Shown here piece by piece: positions 37,592 to 46,564 of a stretch of DNA of 64,000 bases (its first letter is position 1; each line of letters opens with the position of its first letter). The translations under genes and the position numbers were made by a program. Location: the NCBI GenBank assembly GCA_041563955.1, contig JBFGQV010000002.1, positions 147 to 64,146 of the forward strand. The letters are read 5' to 3'. This stretch comes from Alphaproteobacteria bacterium. Its GTDB lineage: Bacteria > Pseudomonadota > Alphaproteobacteria > UBA8366 > JADFVY01. A model generated the notes under the pieces. That model did not search any database, was not told where the DNA came from, and worked only from the letters and a program-made list of their open reading frames with translations.

Positions 37592-38241
37592 ATTCCGGGC
37601 GGAACGACGGCGCGCTCGCCCTGTCCGGCAGGCGCCGCAGCGTCCGGCTTCAACGCCCGAATGCCGGTGCCGGTGGCGGGCGGCGCGACATCACCGGTGG
37701 ATGGCGTACCGGGTTTCGGGGCGACGCCGCCCGGCCCGAAACGGCCGGTCACGACGCCGAGCGCAAACAGTGCAATCACGACCAGGCACAGCACCAACAG
37801 GAAGATCTTGAACTTGCGCCCGCCCTTGCGCGGTGCGGCCTGCTCGACGGGTTTTGTCGCGGCGGCGGCCGCCTCGGGTGGCGTTGCCGTGGCGGCTGCC
37901 GGGGTCCCGGACGCGCCGGCGCTCTCGCCCCCGACATCCGTCTTGCCGCCGGCTTCCGATGGAACGGCGGCCGCAGCGACGGCGGATTCCGACGCCGGCC
38001 GCGGCGCGACAGCGGTATCCGCGGCCGCCGGCGCCGCCGCCGACGGTTCGGCGGCAGCTGCCTGCTGAGATGCCGGTTTTGGAGGCCGCAACGCGAACTG
38101 CCCTGTCGGCGTCGGCGTGCCGTCCCGGCGCACCCGCCACACATGGGCGCATTTCGCGCAACGAACCTTGCGTCCGTCGGGCTTCAGAAGCGCCGGATCC
38201 ACCTTGAACCGGGTGTGGCAGGCTGGGCAGGAAACGATCAT
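37585..38241 (-). CDS. MJ0042-type zinc-ribbon protein with Pro/Ala-rich linker and C-terminal TM segment
   Basis: Start at MIVSCPACHTRFKVDPALLKPDGRKVRCAKCAHVW (CxxC...CxxC). This is followed by a Pro/Ala-rich low-complexity stretch and the hydrophobic helix IFLLVLCLVVIALFALGVV. Confidence 0.7.
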   Translation of the reverse strand: MIVSCPACHTRFKVDPALLKPDGRKVRCAKCAHVWRVRRDGTPTPTGQFALRPPKPASQQAAAAEPSAAAPAAADTAVAPRPASESAVAAAAVPSEAGGKTDVGGESAGASGTPAAATATPPEAAAAATKPVEQAAPRKGGRKFKIFLLVLCLVVIALFALGVVTGRFGPGGVAPKPGTPSTGDVAPPATGTGIRALKPDAAAPAGQGERAVVPPGIQ

Positions 38242-38394
38242 GCCGGACGGAGGGACCTGCTGTTGGGGTCGATCAGGCAGGTATAGGTTGTCGCCCGGTG
38301 ACTTGCAAGAACAGCGCTTTACGGCCCCGCGGTTTCCATGCCATGTTGGAGGCGGGAACGAACGCCCCCCGCGGAATGGAACCACCCGAATATC

Positions 38395-39147
38395 TTGTCC
38401 GAAAATCAGACCTTTAAGAACGCCGTTCGTTTCGAGAATGTTGGCATGCGCTATGGCACCGGCCCCGAAGTGCTGCGCGAAGTCACGTTTTCCCTCGCTC
38501 CGGGCTCGTTTCATTTCCTGACCGGCCGCAGCGGCGCCGGCAAATCCTCGCTGCTCAAGCTCATGTATCTGGCGCACCGCCCGAGCCGCGGCCTGATTAC
38601 CCTGTTCGACGAGGATATCGCGACGGTCCCGCGCGGCCGGCTGCCTCTGCTGCGTCGCCGTATCGGCGTCGTGTTCCAGGAATTCCGGCTGCTCAACCAC
38701 CTGTCCGCGTTCGACAACGTCGCGCTGCCGCTGCGCGTCGCCGGCGTGCGCGACAGCACGGTGCGCAAGAACGTCCGGGAGCTCCTGCACTGGACGGGTC
38801 TGGCCGACCATCTGGAGGCGCGGCCGCCGACCCTGTCCGGCGGCCAGCAGCAACGCGTCGCCATCGCCCGCGCGATTATCGCAAAGCCCAGCCTGCTGTT
38901 GGCCGACGAGCCGACCGGCAACGTCGACGAGGCGATGGGCGTGCGCCTGCTCTACCTGTTCGAGGAGCTGAACCGGATGGGAACGACGGTGGTCATCGCA
39001 ACCCACAGCGAGGCGCTGATATCGCGTTTCCGACACCCGGTCCTGCATCTGGAGGACGACGTGTTGGCCGCGCGCGAGATGCCGGCGCACCGTTCGGCGG
39101 TATCCGTGCATCCTTCCGCGCCACGGGCCGGCGGGCCGAAGCCATGA
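38395..39147 (+). CDS. ftsE: Cell division ATP-binding protein FtsE (start uncertain: TTG 38395 or ATG 38338)
   Basis: [11 protein letters not shown]..., Walker [13 protein letters not shown] signature LSGGQQQRV, Walker B LLLADEP. Confidence 0.85.
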   Translation: MSENQTFKNAVRFENVGMRYGTGPEVLREVTFSLAPGSFHFLTGRSGAGKSSLLKLMYLAHRPSRGLITLFDEDIATVPRGRLPLLRRRIGVVFQEFRLLNHLSAFDNVALPLRVAGVRDSTVRKNVRELLHWTGLADHLEARPPTLSGGQQQRVAIARAIIAKPSLLLADEPTGNVDEAMGVRLLYLFEELNRMGTTVVIATHSEALISRFRHPVLHLEDDVLAAREMPAHRSAVSVHPSAPRAGGPKP

Positions 39148-40031
39148 TCCGCCGGCGCGGAGACCTCGTCCTGTCGCGCGAGCCGTCGGCCCGGCTGGTG
39201 CCGTGGATCATCGGTCTTATGACCTATCTCGCCTGCCTGATGCTGGCCGGGTCGCTGCTGCTGTCGGAGCTCCTGGACCAGTGGAGCAGCAACCTGACCG
39301 GCACCGTGACGGTCCAGGTGATGCCGGTCGAGGAGGAGTCGGCCGAGGCGATGGATGACCGCGTTGCGCGCCTGGTCGAATTGCTGCGGCGGACCCGCGG
39401 CGTGGCCACGGCGCGGGCCATCCCGCTGCCGGAGATCTCGGACCTCCTGGAGCCGTGGCTCGGTGCCGGCGCGCCGCTTGAGGACCTGCCGCTGCCCCGC
39501 CTGATCGACGTCAGGTTCGACGAGGCGGCGCCGCCATCCATGGAGATGCTGCGATCGACGCTCTCGAACGCCGATCCCGGCGCCATCGTGGATGATCATG
39601 GCGTCTGGCGGGATCAACTGGCCGGACTCATCGGGGCGTTGGGGGCGGTCGCCGGCTTCATCGTCCTGCTGGTCGCCGTCGCGACGGTGGGAATCGTGAT
39701 CTTCGCCACCCGGAGCGGCATGGCCGCGCACCAGGACGTCATAGAGGTTCTGCATCTGATCGGCGCACGCGATGTCTTCATCGCGCGGCAGTTCCAGAAT
39801 CTGGCCCTGTCACAGGGTTTCCGCGGCGGGCTGATCGGCCTTGTCCTCGGCGCTGCGACATTGTGGGGCCTGAGCCACGCGGCATCCCGGCTGGATACCT
39901 CGATGCTGCCGCCCGTCGCGCTTCTCACATGGCATTGGGGCGTGCTCGCGGCATTGCCGCTGGCCACCGCCCTCATCTCCAACTGGACGGCCAAGCGGAC
40001 CGTGGTGCGAAGCCTGCGCAAATTGGTGTAA
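39144..40031 (+). CDS. ftsX: FtsX-like cell division permease
   Basis: The ATG overlaps the ftsE stop (ATGA). 295 aa, with one N-terminal TM, a periplasmic domain and three C-terminal TMs. Confidence 0.8.
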   Translation: MIRRRGDLVLSREPSARLVPWIIGLMTYLACLMLAGSLLLSELLDQWSSNLTGTVTVQVMPVEEESAEAMDDRVARLVELLRRTRGVATARAIPLPEISDLLEPWLGAGAPLEDLPLPRLIDVRFDEAAPPSMEMLRSTLSNADPGAIVDDHGVWRDQLAGLIGALGAVAGFIVLLVAVATVGIVIFATRSGMAAHQDVIEVLHLIGARDVFIARQFQNLALSQGFRGGLIGLVLGAATLWGLSHAASRLDTSMLPPVALLTWHWGVLAALPLATALISNWTAKRTVVRSLRKLV

Positions 40032-40081
40032 CAATGGGCCGATGTCGAGATACGCAATGAACCGCCGGCAGGCGAGCCGCG

Positions 40082-40705
40082 ATGTTCCGGCATAGGCGTG
40101 CGCGGCGGCGGCAACGCCGGATGGCGGTGCTGCTCGCCCTTCTGGTCGCCGGGCTGGGCCTCTGGGGCTGGGGGCTGACCCGGTTCGTCGACGACATCCC
40201 TCGCGCTGTCGTCGATGACCAGCGCCGCACGGATGCGATCGTCGTGCTGACCGGCGGTACCTTGCGGCTCGAAGCCGCATTCGCGCTGTTTTCCAGCGGA
40301 ACCGCAGAGAAGCTCCTGGTGTCGGGAGTCGACAAGAGCGTACCCATAGACGAGGTCCTGCGTATCACGGGAATGACACGCGAGGACATGGCGTGCTGCG
40401 TTACGCTTGGCTACATGGCACAGGACACGGGGAGCAATGCCAGCGAAAGCGCCGCATGGGTGCGTGGCAACGGAATCAAGTCGATCCGGCTCGTCACCGC
40501 CGGGTACCACATGCCGCGAAGTCTCCTGGAATTCCGGGCCGCGCTCCCGGATGTCGAAATCGTCCCCCACCCCGTGTTTCCGGAGCATGTGATGATCGGC
40601 GAATGGTGGCGCCGTCCCGGCACGGCCCGGCTGGTCATAGGCGAATACAACAAATACCTGCTCGCTGCGCTTCGCACGCTCTTCGGCATCGGGGGCGGCA
40701 CGTGA
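40082..40705 (+). CDS. YdcF/ElyC-family (DUF218) protein
   Basis: An N-terminal TM followed by DAIVVLTGG...LLVSG...GYHMPRS, the DUF218 hallmarks. Confidence 0.75.
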   Translation: MFRHRRARRRQRRMAVLLALLVAGLGLWGWGLTRFVDDIPRAVVDDQRRTDAIVVLTGGTLRLEAAFALFSSGTAEKLLVSGVDKSVPIDEVLRITGMTREDMACCVTLGYMAQDTGSNASESAAWVRGNGIKSIRLVTAGYHMPRSLLEFRAALPDVEIVPHPVFPEHVMIGEWWRRPGTARLVIGEYNKYLLAALRTLFGIGGGT

Positions 40706-41499
40706 CGGCGACGCAATATTTGCGGTCTTTTCTCTTCACACTGGCGTTCAACGCGACCACCGTCGCAATGAGCCTGCTTGTCGTGCCGGCGCTCGTCCTG
40801 CCCTACCGCCTGGTGCTGGTCAGCAAGCAGCTCTGGCTCCGCGTCGTGCTGTGGCAGATCCGGCGCGTCATCGGCATCGATTTCGAGCAGCGGGGAACGG
40901 AGAACATCCCCGCAGGCCCCGTTATCTTCGCAGCCAAGCACCAGTCGGCATGGGACACGCTGGGCCCGAGCTACGTTCAGCCCGAAATGGTGTTCGTCCT
41001 CAAACGCGAACTCACCTGGATCCCGGTGTGGGGCTGGTATCTGATCCGCATCGGCATGATACCGATCGATCGGGCCAGGGGCATCACCGCGCTGAAACGT
41101 GTCGTGGAACGGGCCCGCAGGACCATCGCCCTGGGCCGGTCGGTGCTGATTTTTCCGCAGGGGACCCGGACGCCGCCGGGGGCCAAGCGACCGTACCTGC
41201 CCGGTGTTGCCGCCCTCTACGCCGGTCTCGGCGTGCCCGTGGTTCCGGTGGCCCTCAATTCCGGGCTGTTCTGGCCGCGCCGGAAGCTGGTCAAGTGGCC
41301 GGGCACGATCACGGTGGAATATCTGGAGCCGATCGCGCCGGGCCTCGATCGCAAGACCTTCATGAGGACACTGGCCGACCGGATCGAGTCCGCGACGGCC
41401 CGTCTCGAAATCGAAGCTCTCGACCGATTTCCCTGGTTGCCGCCGTTCGAGAACGGCGAGCGTCGGTCGGATGCCGGTCGCGCGCCGGTAAAAACATAA
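40702..41499 (+). CDS. plsC: 1-Acyl-sn-glycerol-3-phosphate acyltransferase
   Basis: A GTG at 40702 overlaps the ydcF-like stop (GTGA). AAKHQSAWDT is the HxxxxD acyltransferase motif, and FPQGTRT is block III. Confidence 0.8.
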   Translation: MTATQYLRSFLFTLAFNATTVAMSLLVVPALVLPYRLVLVSKQLWLRVVLWQIRRVIGIDFEQRGTENIPAGPVIFAAKHQSAWDTLGPSYVQPEMVFVLKRELTWIPVWGWYLIRIGMIPIDRARGITALKRVVERARRTIALGRSVLIFPQGTRTPPGAKRPYLPGVAALYAGLGVPVVPVALNSGLFWPRRKLVKWPGTITVEYLEPIAPGLDRKTFMRTLADRIESATARLEIEALDRFPWLPPFENGERRSDAGRAPVKT

Positions 41500-41579
41500 C
41501 GAGAACATCGTTTGACCCCCGAACAGCGAGGGGTTATGAATCGCGATGTGCCGGAGCGGCGATATCAAAACGGGCGGTC

Positions 41580-43889
41580 ATGGAATCCCTCAGCGCCATC
41601 GCACGACAGATCTGGGACATGAAGTACCGGCTGAAAGCGCCGGACGGCAGCCCAGTGGACGAGACGATCGAGGACAGCTGGCGCCGCGTCGCGGCGGCAC
41701 TGGCGGATGCCGAAGCCGATGCGCCTGCATGGATCGGGCAGTTTTTCGAGGCGCTGTCGGGGTTCCGCTTCCTGCCGGCCGGCCGCATCCTGGCCGGGGC
41801 GGGAACCGGCCGCGACGTCACGCTGTTCAACTGCTTCGTCATGGGCTCGATTCCGGACGACATGTCCGGCATCTTCACGCATCTGCGCGAGGCCGCGCTG
41901 ACCCTGCAGCAGGGTGGCGGCATCGGTTACGACTTCTCAACGCTGCGACCCAAGGGCGCACCGGTCCGCGGCGTTGGCGCCGACGCCTCCGGTCCGTTGA
42001 GCTTCATGGACGTATGGGACGCCAAGTGCCGCACCATCATGAGCGCCGGCTACCGGCGCGGCGCCATGATGGCGACGCTGCGCTGCGACCACCCGGACAT
42101 CCAATCCTTCATACGCGCCAAGGCGGAGCCTGGACGCCTTCGCATGTTCAACCTTTCGGTCCTCGTCACCGACTCCTTCATGCAGGCGGTGCGCGAGGAC
42201 GCCGACTGGCCCCTGGTGTTCGGTGGCAAGACCTTCGCAACCCTGCGGGCGCGTGAGCTGTGGGACGAGATCATGCGGGCGACGTATGAATACGCCGAGC
42301 CCGGGGTGATCTTCATCGACCGCGTCAACCGGCTCAACAATCTTTCCTATCTCGAGGAGATCTTCAGCACCAACCCGTGCGGCGAGCAGCCGCTGCCGCC
42401 ATACGGCGCGTGCCTGCTCGGATCGATCAACCTGGCCCGACTCGTGCAGTCGCCGTTCACCGCCAGGGCGCGGCTCGATATCAAGGAAATGGAGCGGCTG
42501 ATCCCGATCGCGGTCCGGATGTTGGACAACGCCATCGACGTCTCGCGCTTTCCGCTGGACCGCCAGCGCGAGGAGGCGATGAACAAGCGGCGCATCGGCC
42601 TCGGTGTGACGGGTCTCGGCGACGCGCTGATCATGTGTCGGCAGCCTTATGGCGGCGCCAAGGCGGTCGCACTGACGGAGCGGTGGATGGCGGCCTTCCG
42701 CAATGCCGCCTACCGCGCGTCGATCGAGCTGGCGCGCGAAAAAGGCCCGTTCCCGCTGTTCGACCGGGAAAAATACCTGGCCGGCGAGAGCATCGCCGCG
42801 CTGCCGCAGGAATTGCGGGACGGTATCGCCGAGCACGGGATACGCAACGCCCTTGTTACCTCGATCGCGCCCACCGGGACGATCTCGTTGCTCGCGGACA
42901 ACGTGTCTTCGGGGATCGAACCGGTGTTCAGCTACCGCTTTACCCGCAGCGTGCTGATGCCGGACGGCAGCCGCCGCGACGAAGAAGTGGTGGATTACGC
43001 GTGCCGGGAGTTCCATGCGCTCAAGGGCGATGATGCGCCGCTTCCCGATTATTTCACCGATACCCGGACCCTCGCCCCGGATGCGCATATCGTGATGCAG
43101 GCCGCAGTGCAGAAATATATCGACAGCTCGATCTCGAAGACCATCAACCTGCCGGACGACATCGCCTTCGAGGATTTCAAGGACGTCTATTTGCGCGCCT
43201 ACGAACTCGGCTGCAAGGGCTGCACGACCTATCGCCCGAACGTGGTGACCGGCGCGGTCCTGACTGCGCCGGAGGCGGCAAAGGCGGAAGCGGCGGAAGC
43301 GCCGGAGGCGGCGGAAGCGCCGGAGGCGGTGAAGACCGAAGCGCCGCCAGCCGCCGAGTCGGAGCCGGGCATCGTCTACATGACGCAGCCGCTGGAGCGG
43401 CCGGAGGCACTGGTCGGCAAGACCTACAAGCTGCGCTGGCCGGAAAGCGAGCACGCCTTCTACGTGACCGTCAACGACATCGTGCAGGACGGGCGCCGGC
43501 GGCCGTTCGAGGTTTTCATCAATTCGGCCAATCTCGAGCACTACGCCTGGACCGTCGCGCTGACCCGAATGATCAGCGCCGTGTTCCGGCGCGGCGGCGA
43601 TGTCACCTTCGTGGTGCGCGAGCTCAAGAGCATCTTCGATCCACGCGGCGGCTCGTGGATGGAAGGCCGCTACGTGCCCTCACTGCTGGCCGCGATCGGC
43701 AACGTCATCGAACAGCACATGATCGCGATCGGTTTCATCCCGGAACCGGAGAAACCGAAGATCGTGGCGATGGAACGGGCAGTGGGCGAGTCGCCGCGGC
43801 GGTTCTGTCCGAAATGCGGCCAACCCGGGCTGGTGCACCGCGAAGGGTGCGACCTGTGCCCGTCCTGCGGATACTCGAAATGCAGCTGA
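41580..43889 (+). CDS. nrdJ: Adenosylcobalamin-dependent (class II) ribonucleotide reductase
   Basis: Start at MESLSAIARQIWDMKYRL. FLPAGRIL, NCFV, NPCGEQPLPPYGACLLGS (active-site Cys/Glu) and SKTINLP motifs are present. The C-terminal zinc-ribbon tail is CPKCG...CPSCGYSKCS. Confidence 0.9.
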   Translation: MESLSAIARQIWDMKYRLKAPDGSPVDETIEDSWRRVAAALADAEADAPAWIGQFFEALSGFRFLPAGRILAGAGTGRDVTLFNCFVMGSIPDDMSGIFTHLREAALTLQQGGGIGYDFSTLRPKGAPVRGVGADASGPLSFMDVWDAKCRTIMSAGYRRGAMMATLRCDHPDIQSFIRAKAEPGRLRMFNLSVLVTDSFMQAVREDADWPLVFGGKTFATLRARELWDEIMRATYEYAEPGVIFIDRVNRLNNLSYLEEIFSTNPCGEQPLPPYGACLLGSINLARLVQSPFTARARLDIKEMERLIPIAVRMLDNAIDVSRFPLDRQREEAMNKRRIGLGVTGLGDALIMCRQPYGGAKAVALTERWMAAFRNAAYRASIELAREKGPFPLFDREKYLAGESIAALPQELRDGIAEHGIRNALVTSIAPTGTISLLADNVSSGIEPVFSYRFTRSVLMPDGSRRDEEVVDYACREFHALKGDDAPLPDYFTDTRTLAPDAHIVMQAAVQKYIDSSISKTINLPDDIAFEDFKDVYLRAYELGCKGCTTYRPNVVTGAVLTAPEAAKAEAAEAPEAAEAPEAVKTEAPPAAESEPGIVYMTQPLERPEALVGKTYKLRWPESEHAFYVTVNDIVQDGRRRPFEVFINSANLEHYAWTVALTRMISAVFRRGGDVTFVVRELKSIFDPRGGSWMEGRYVPSLLAAIGNVIEQHMIAIGFIPEPEKPKIVAMERAVGESPRRFCPKCGQPGLVHREGCDLCPSCGYSKCS
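43293..43328 (+). repeat. Perfect 18-bp tandem duplication (GCGGAAGCGCCGGAGGCG x2) inside the nrdJ linker
   Basis: Read directly. It encodes the repeated AEAPEA within the Ala/Glu/Pro-rich segment APEAAKAEAAEAPEAAEAPEAVKTEAPPAAE. Confidence 0.85.
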
Positions 43890-43893
43890 CATC

Positions 43894-44112
43894 GTGATGG
43901 CAAGGCAGCGGCAATGCCCGAAATGCAAGGCGGCGATCGACGGCTATGTCGACGCGTGTCCGTCCTGCGGCTTCGAGAAACCGGTGCCGCTGCCCTGGCA
44001 TGTGTACGGACTGATGGCACTGATGTTCGTGGCCGCGATGTGGTTCCTGATCGATCTCGACGCGATCGCCCGCGCGATCCTGTCGGTCCGCGAAGGACTG
44101 CGGGCCAGGTGA
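43894..44112 (+). CDS. Small membrane-anchored zinc-ribbon protein (hypothetical)
   Basis: GTG 43894 / ATG 43897, 5-8 nt after the nrdJ stop. The 72-aa product carries CPKCKAAIDGYVDACPSCGFEK, then the hydrophobic helix VYGLMALMFVAAMWFLI. Confidence 0.5.
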   Translation: MMARQRQCPKCKAAIDGYVDACPSCGFEKPVPLPWHVYGLMALMFVAAMWFLIDLDAIARAILSVREGLRAR

Positions 44113-44149
44113 CCGTGCCGGTCGCGACGCTCAAGACGGACCGCCCCGC

Positions 44150-46015
44150 ATGATTCAGACGCCCTTCGTACTGATCGACGACAGCCTGACGGGCCGGCTC
44201 GGCGGCCGTTGCCGGCTGTTCGTCGATCCGGTCGAGATCGTCTCCTGCAGTGATTCGGACGGCGTCGGCGCGGCGCTGGATGCGATTTCCCGCGCGGGTG
44301 CGCGCGGACTCCATGCCGCCGGCTTCCTGTCGTACGAGCTCGGTTACGCGCTCGAGCCGAAGCTGACGGCCTTGATGCCCCCGACGCGGCCGACGCCGCT
44401 GATCTGGATGGGCCTGTTTCGAAGTCCGAAGACACTGGTCTGGCGCGCCGCGCGGCGGGCCCTGTATGCGGGCCGGCGGCCCGGCGACTGGGAGATCATG
44501 CGCTCGCGGCACTCGCTCGACCGGGATGCCTATCTCCAACGGGTCGGCGCCGTGCGTGAGTACATCGCCGCCGGCGACGTCTACCAGATCAACCTGACCT
44601 TCAAAGAACGGTTCGACTGGCGCGGCGATCCGATCGCGCTGTACGAGACGCTGCGGCGGCGGCAGCGCGTCAACCACGGCGCGATGATCGGCGGGCCCGA
44701 CTGGTACGTGCTGTCGCATTCCCCCGAGCTGTTCTTCGAGACGGACGGCCGCGCCATCGTCACGCGCCCGATGAAGGGGACCGCACCACGCGGGCTCACG
44801 GCCGTCGAGGACAGCGCGCTTGCCGGCTGGCTATGCTCGGACGAGAAATCGCGGGCCGAGAATCTGATGATCGTCGACCTGCTCCGCAACGACTTGGGGC
44901 GCATCGCGGAAACCGGCAGCGTCGGCGTTCCGCACCTGTTTGCCGTCGAAAGCTACCGATCGGTGCACCAGATGACCTCGACCGTCGAGGCCCGACTGCG
45001 CGGCGGGGCCGGCATTCGTGAGGTTATCGCCGCGCTGTTCCCCTGCGGCTCGGTGACCGGCGCGCCGAAGATCAGGGCAATGGAGATCATCCGCGAACTC
45101 GAAACCGCTCCGCGCGGCGTCTACACCGGCGCGATCGGCGCCGTCGACCCGGACGGCACCGCCCGCTTCAACGTCGCCATCCGCACGCTGTTCCTCGAGC
45201 GGGGCGGACATGGCGAATTGGGCATCGGCAGCGGCATCGTCTTCGATTCCGACCCCGCGGCCGAGCACGACGAATGCCTGCTCAAAGGCCGGTTCCTCAC
45301 GGCACCGGAAGAGCGGTTCCAGTTGATCGAGACCATGCGCTGGCGGCGCGACGAGGGGTATTACCTGCTGGACCGCCACCTGGACCGCCTGGCTGCATCG
45401 GCGCAACGCTTTTGCATCCGGTACGCCGGCTGCGGTGTCCGGGACAGGCTCGCCAAGCTGGCGGACCGCCTCGACTCGCCGACACGGGTGCGGATCACGC
45501 TGGACGAGGATGGCCGGCTGGCGCTGGAATCCACGCCGCTGGATCCGGCCGCCATCGGCCGCACCGATCTCCGCTTCGCGCTGGCGGAACGCCGGGTCGA
45601 CAGCGGCAATCCCTTCCTCTACCACAAGACGACGCGGCGCGAGGTGCTCGACGCCGAGCGTGTCCGGCTCGCCGCGGCAACCGGCTGTGACGAGGTGGTG
45701 TTCTGCAACGAGCGCGGCGAGCTGACCGAAGGCAGCTACACCACCCTCTTCGTCGAGCGCGACGGACTCCTGTTCACGCCGCCGCTGTCGTGCGGCCTTC
45801 TGGATGGCACGCTCCGTCGCGAACTTCTCGAGACCGGCGAGCACGACGTCCGGGAACGGGTGATGTATCCGAAGGATCTGGATTCGGCGGACGCGATCTG
45901 GCTCGGAAATTCGGTCCGCGGCCTGCAGCGGGCACGGGCGGTCGCGGGCCTGGAGCACGCGTTCAGCGGCGCGCCTCGACCAGGGCGTGCAGGCGGTGGA
46001 GCGGGCCGTCGGTGA
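44150..46015 (+). CDS. pabB: Aminodeoxychorismate synthase component I fused to aminodeoxychorismate lyase-like (class IV aminotransferase) domain
   Basis: The N-terminal ~420 aa carry chorismate-binding enzyme motifs (FPCGSVTGAPKIRAMEII, GVYTGAIG). The C-terminal ~190 aa, starting FQLIETMRW..., have the PabC/IlvE-fold layout. Confidence 0.8.
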   Translation: MIQTPFVLIDDSLTGRLGGRCRLFVDPVEIVSCSDSDGVGAALDAISRAGARGLHAAGFLSYELGYALEPKLTALMPPTRPTPLIWMGLFRSPKTLVWRAARRALYAGRRPGDWEIMRSRHSLDRDAYLQRVGAVREYIAAGDVYQINLTFKERFDWRGDPIALYETLRRRQRVNHGAMIGGPDWYVLSHSPELFFETDGRAIVTRPMKGTAPRGLTAVEDSALAGWLCSDEKSRAENLMIVDLLRNDLGRIAETGSVGVPHLFAVESYRSVHQMTSTVEARLRGGAGIREVIAALFPCGSVTGAPKIRAMEIIRELETAPRGVYTGAIGAVDPDGTARFNVAIRTLFLERGGHGELGIGSGIVFDSDPAAEHDECLLKGRFLTAPEERFQLIETMRWRRDEGYYLLDRHLDRLAASAQRFCIRYAGCGVRDRLAKLADRLDSPTRVRITLDEDGRLALESTPLDPAAIGRTDLRFALAERRVDSGNPFLYHKTTRREVLDAERVRLAAATGCDEVVFCNERGELTEGSYTTLFVERDGLLFTPPLSCGLLDGTLRRELLETGEHDVRERVMYPKDLDSADAIWLGNSVRGLQRARAVAGLEHAFSGAPRPGRAGGGAGRR

Positions 46016-46553
46016 TGCCGAGGAGATCCAGATGCCGGACCGTGTTGGCGAGGTAGTCGCGGTTGTGGCCGCCCTTGCCGACGCCCTGGCGGATCAGCCT
46101 GACCATCTCGCCCACGTGGAGGCCGCCGGCATATTGCCGATGATCCCGCTCGACGGTGAAGGCGTGGCAGGCCAGACGCTCACTGGCCCGACGCGGGTAT
46201 ACGAGGCGCGGTCGGTAGACACCGAGCACCATCTCGCGGTCCCACAGATAGCCAAGCGTCTCGCGGGCCCGGGCGCGGGCGACGCGATAGGCGATGCCCC
46301 GGCACGAGCCGCCGCGGTCGAGTCCGAGCACGAGGCCCGGTCGGTCCGGGGTGCCGCGATAGCGGTGCGAATAGACGCAGAACGACCGGTGCCAGCCATG
46401 GAGCAGCGCCGTGCACGACTCGGCATGAGCGAACCCCGGGTCCCACATCAGCGAGCCGTAGGCGAAGACCCAGATGTCCGACTCGATGACGATCGAATCG
46501 AGAAAAGCCCGCTTGCGGCGCGCCAGATCGTTCGCGGATATGTCGTCGGGCAT
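45963..46553 (-). CDS. ChaC-family gamma-glutamylcyclotransferase
   Basis: Start at MPDDISAND. VFAYGSLMWDPGF is the YGSL motif. LDRGGSC and LWDREM are typical ChaC blocks. Confidence 0.8.
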   Translation of the reverse strand: MPDDISANDLARRKRAFLDSIVIESDIWVFAYGSLMWDPGFAHAESCTALLHGWHRSFCVYSHRYRGTPDRPGLVLGLDRGGSCRGIAYRVARARARETLGYLWDREMVLGVYRPRLVYPRRASERLACHAFTVERDHRQYAGGLHVGEMVRLIRQGVGKGGHNRDYLANTVRHLDLLGITDGPLHRLHALVEARR

Positions 46554-46564
46554 GGCGGCGGGCG

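Noticed and set aside
41500-41579. Possible cobalamin riboswitch in front of nrdJ.
   Set aside because: Only ~80 nt of intergenic DNA is available, far shorter than a cobalamin aptamer plus expression platform. I could not find a B12-box-like sequence. It holds only a short hairpin (ACCCC...GGGGT) that looks like the plsC terminator.
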